Shown piece after piece: positions 36,560-37,944 of a stretch of 37,944 bases of DNA (the first letter of the stretch is position 1; every line of letters begins with the position of its first letter). The translations under genes and the position numbers were made by a program. The stretch comes from Octopus bimaculoides. Lineage: Eukaryota. The DNA lies in NCBI RefSeq assembly GCF_001194135.2, contig NC_068981.1:12897879-12935822 (forward strand), in the 5' to 3' direction. A model generated the notes under the pieces. That model did no database searches and was not told the DNA's origin. It was given only the letters and a program-made list of their open reading frames with translations.

Positions 36560-37330
36560 TCCAATTCATTAAATGTTGATATGACCTGCCATTTCATTTT
36601 CAATATCATGCAGTGCGTTTCTTTTCATTTAATATGTAAAGGCGTGGCAGAAGAGATGTGTTATCACTAAAGATTGAAGCCATACTCCCTCAACCTTTAC
36701 AGAATAAATTGGATTGTATAGCCTTCTATATTTTAGAAATTAGTTTTAATGTTTCATGTTCATTTATATTTTTCACATATCTTATACCAGCTCTATTCTT
36801 CCGTTTTAGAAGCCTTCGATTCTAGCTATTTTCAATCAGTTTTAGAAGGCATTATTACTCTGTTTGCTTTTAAGCCTGTCTCTAATGATGGATATTTTTT
36901 TATACTTATGAATTGAAATGAATATTCTATGTGCTGAATATTTATAATTGCCTTTGGGTTTCAGATCTTTTTGTTACAGGATGTCTATTATATTGCCACA
37001 AAGGCTTCTTTGCATCTTGTAAAATTGGTTCCGTAGAATTCAATTGTGTTTTGTGGGTGATTTCTTGCATGCAGCTTCGATTCTCTTTTACTGTTTACAT
37101 TCTTGGTGAGTCGAATTTTGAATGTTCGTGATATTTCCCTACCTTCTGTTAATTTTTATGTTTATTAGCATAGTTGATTGTTTTATTTTCCGTTGTGTAT
37201 TTCCCCTGTGACTTCCTATATTTCCTTCTAGTCATCCCCTTAAATTTTATTTTAACAATCCGTAATTTTCCTCGTGCCATGATACATTTTTGTCTCATAA
37301 ATACATTGTTAATGGTGCTTGATGCAGTAT
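36560..37330 (-). pseudogene. Possible highly decayed PLE GIY-YIG region
   Basis: Scattered motifs that need frameshifts to join: GNIIDI/NKKI, GYT..RLRE, NTSL..LYILNEKK, MKWQVI. Confidence 0.3.
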
Positions 37331-37394
37331 TGGTGTAAGTATTGGTGTACGTATTGGATATTTTTTAAAATTCAGAAAAACGAAATAAATAATT

Positions 37395-37899
37395 TCAGAT
37401 GATACAACTGCACAAAAAATTATACATCGAAATAATTAAGGAAGGAATGCTTCCGATGTGTTCACATGATAACATAACGAAAATGAGTTTTACTCATAGA
37501 AGATGGGGCTCCATGCCACACAGCGAAAAGGAATGAAAGATGGCTGACTGAAAATGGGATCAAAAAACCTTGCTTGGCCGAGCCAATCTCATGAAATGAA
37601 CTCAATTGAAAGTCTTTGGAGCATACTTGATAGAGTTATACGAAAAACTCGACAGAAATGTAAATCTAAAGATGAATTATTTCGATTGTTGCGTGAAAAT
37701 TGGGCAAAAATTCCAGAAGAGACAATTGGAAAGATTATCAGTTCAATGCCAGAAAGTGTTTCTGAATTAAACCTGCAAAGGGAATGTCAACTAATTGCTA
37801 ATGTAGTCCTACCTACCGATTACATTTCAATTGTTCGCTTTGCGTATTAAATAAAAGATTTGGAAAATTAAAGGTGTCTATATATTTCCTGCATGTCTG
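37395..37899 (+). mobile_element. Tc1-family DD34E transposase C-terminal remnant with probable right TIR
   Basis: YIEIIKEGMLP, DGAPCHTAKRNERWLTENGI (from 37502), a frameshift in the A-run near 37562, then LAWPSQSHEMNSIESLWSILDR..LRENWAKIP..I.KIISSMPE (SPDLNPIE degenerate). Ends GGTGTCTATATATTTCCTGCATGTCTG|TA at 37899-37901. Confidence 0.88.
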
Positions 37900-37910
37900 T
37901 ATATATATAC

Positions 37911-37941
<31 letters not shown>

Positions 37942-37944
37942 TAT

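Noticed and set aside
37326-37357. GTATTGGTGTA tandem repeat as a possible left TIR of the Tc1 remnant
   Set aside because: It does not match the reverse complement of the right end at 37873-37899, and it lies too close to the C-terminal coding part.

Overview
AT-rich, microsatellite-dense animal nuclear DNA with 13 assembly gaps (about 3.3 kb of N, mostly flanked by (TA)n/(CA)n). The SINE repertoire resembles repeats I recall from octopus/cephalopod genomes; that assignment is from memory, not a search. No intact host gene is recognisable, and most supplied ORFs are microsatellite or gap artefacts. Supported content: (1) a decayed Penelope-like element (PLE) with RT and GIY-YIG domains at ~19995-21155 (-); (2) a non-autonomous Helitron at ~32110-34062 with 23-aa STPR-like repeats and a hairpin+CTAG end; (3) a Tc1-type transposase remnant at the right end; (4) a short R4/Dong-like LINE relic; (5) at least three tRNA-derived SINE families. 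The most interesting signal is four hammerhead-ribozyme (HHR)-like motifs from about three distinct sequence families within 1.4-7.8 kb. One has an intact catalytic core and lies inside an 81-bp inverted repeat whose boundary is 6 nt from the predicted self-cleavage site. HHRs in PLE pseudo-LTRs are a known class; whether these particular architectures are described could not be checked.
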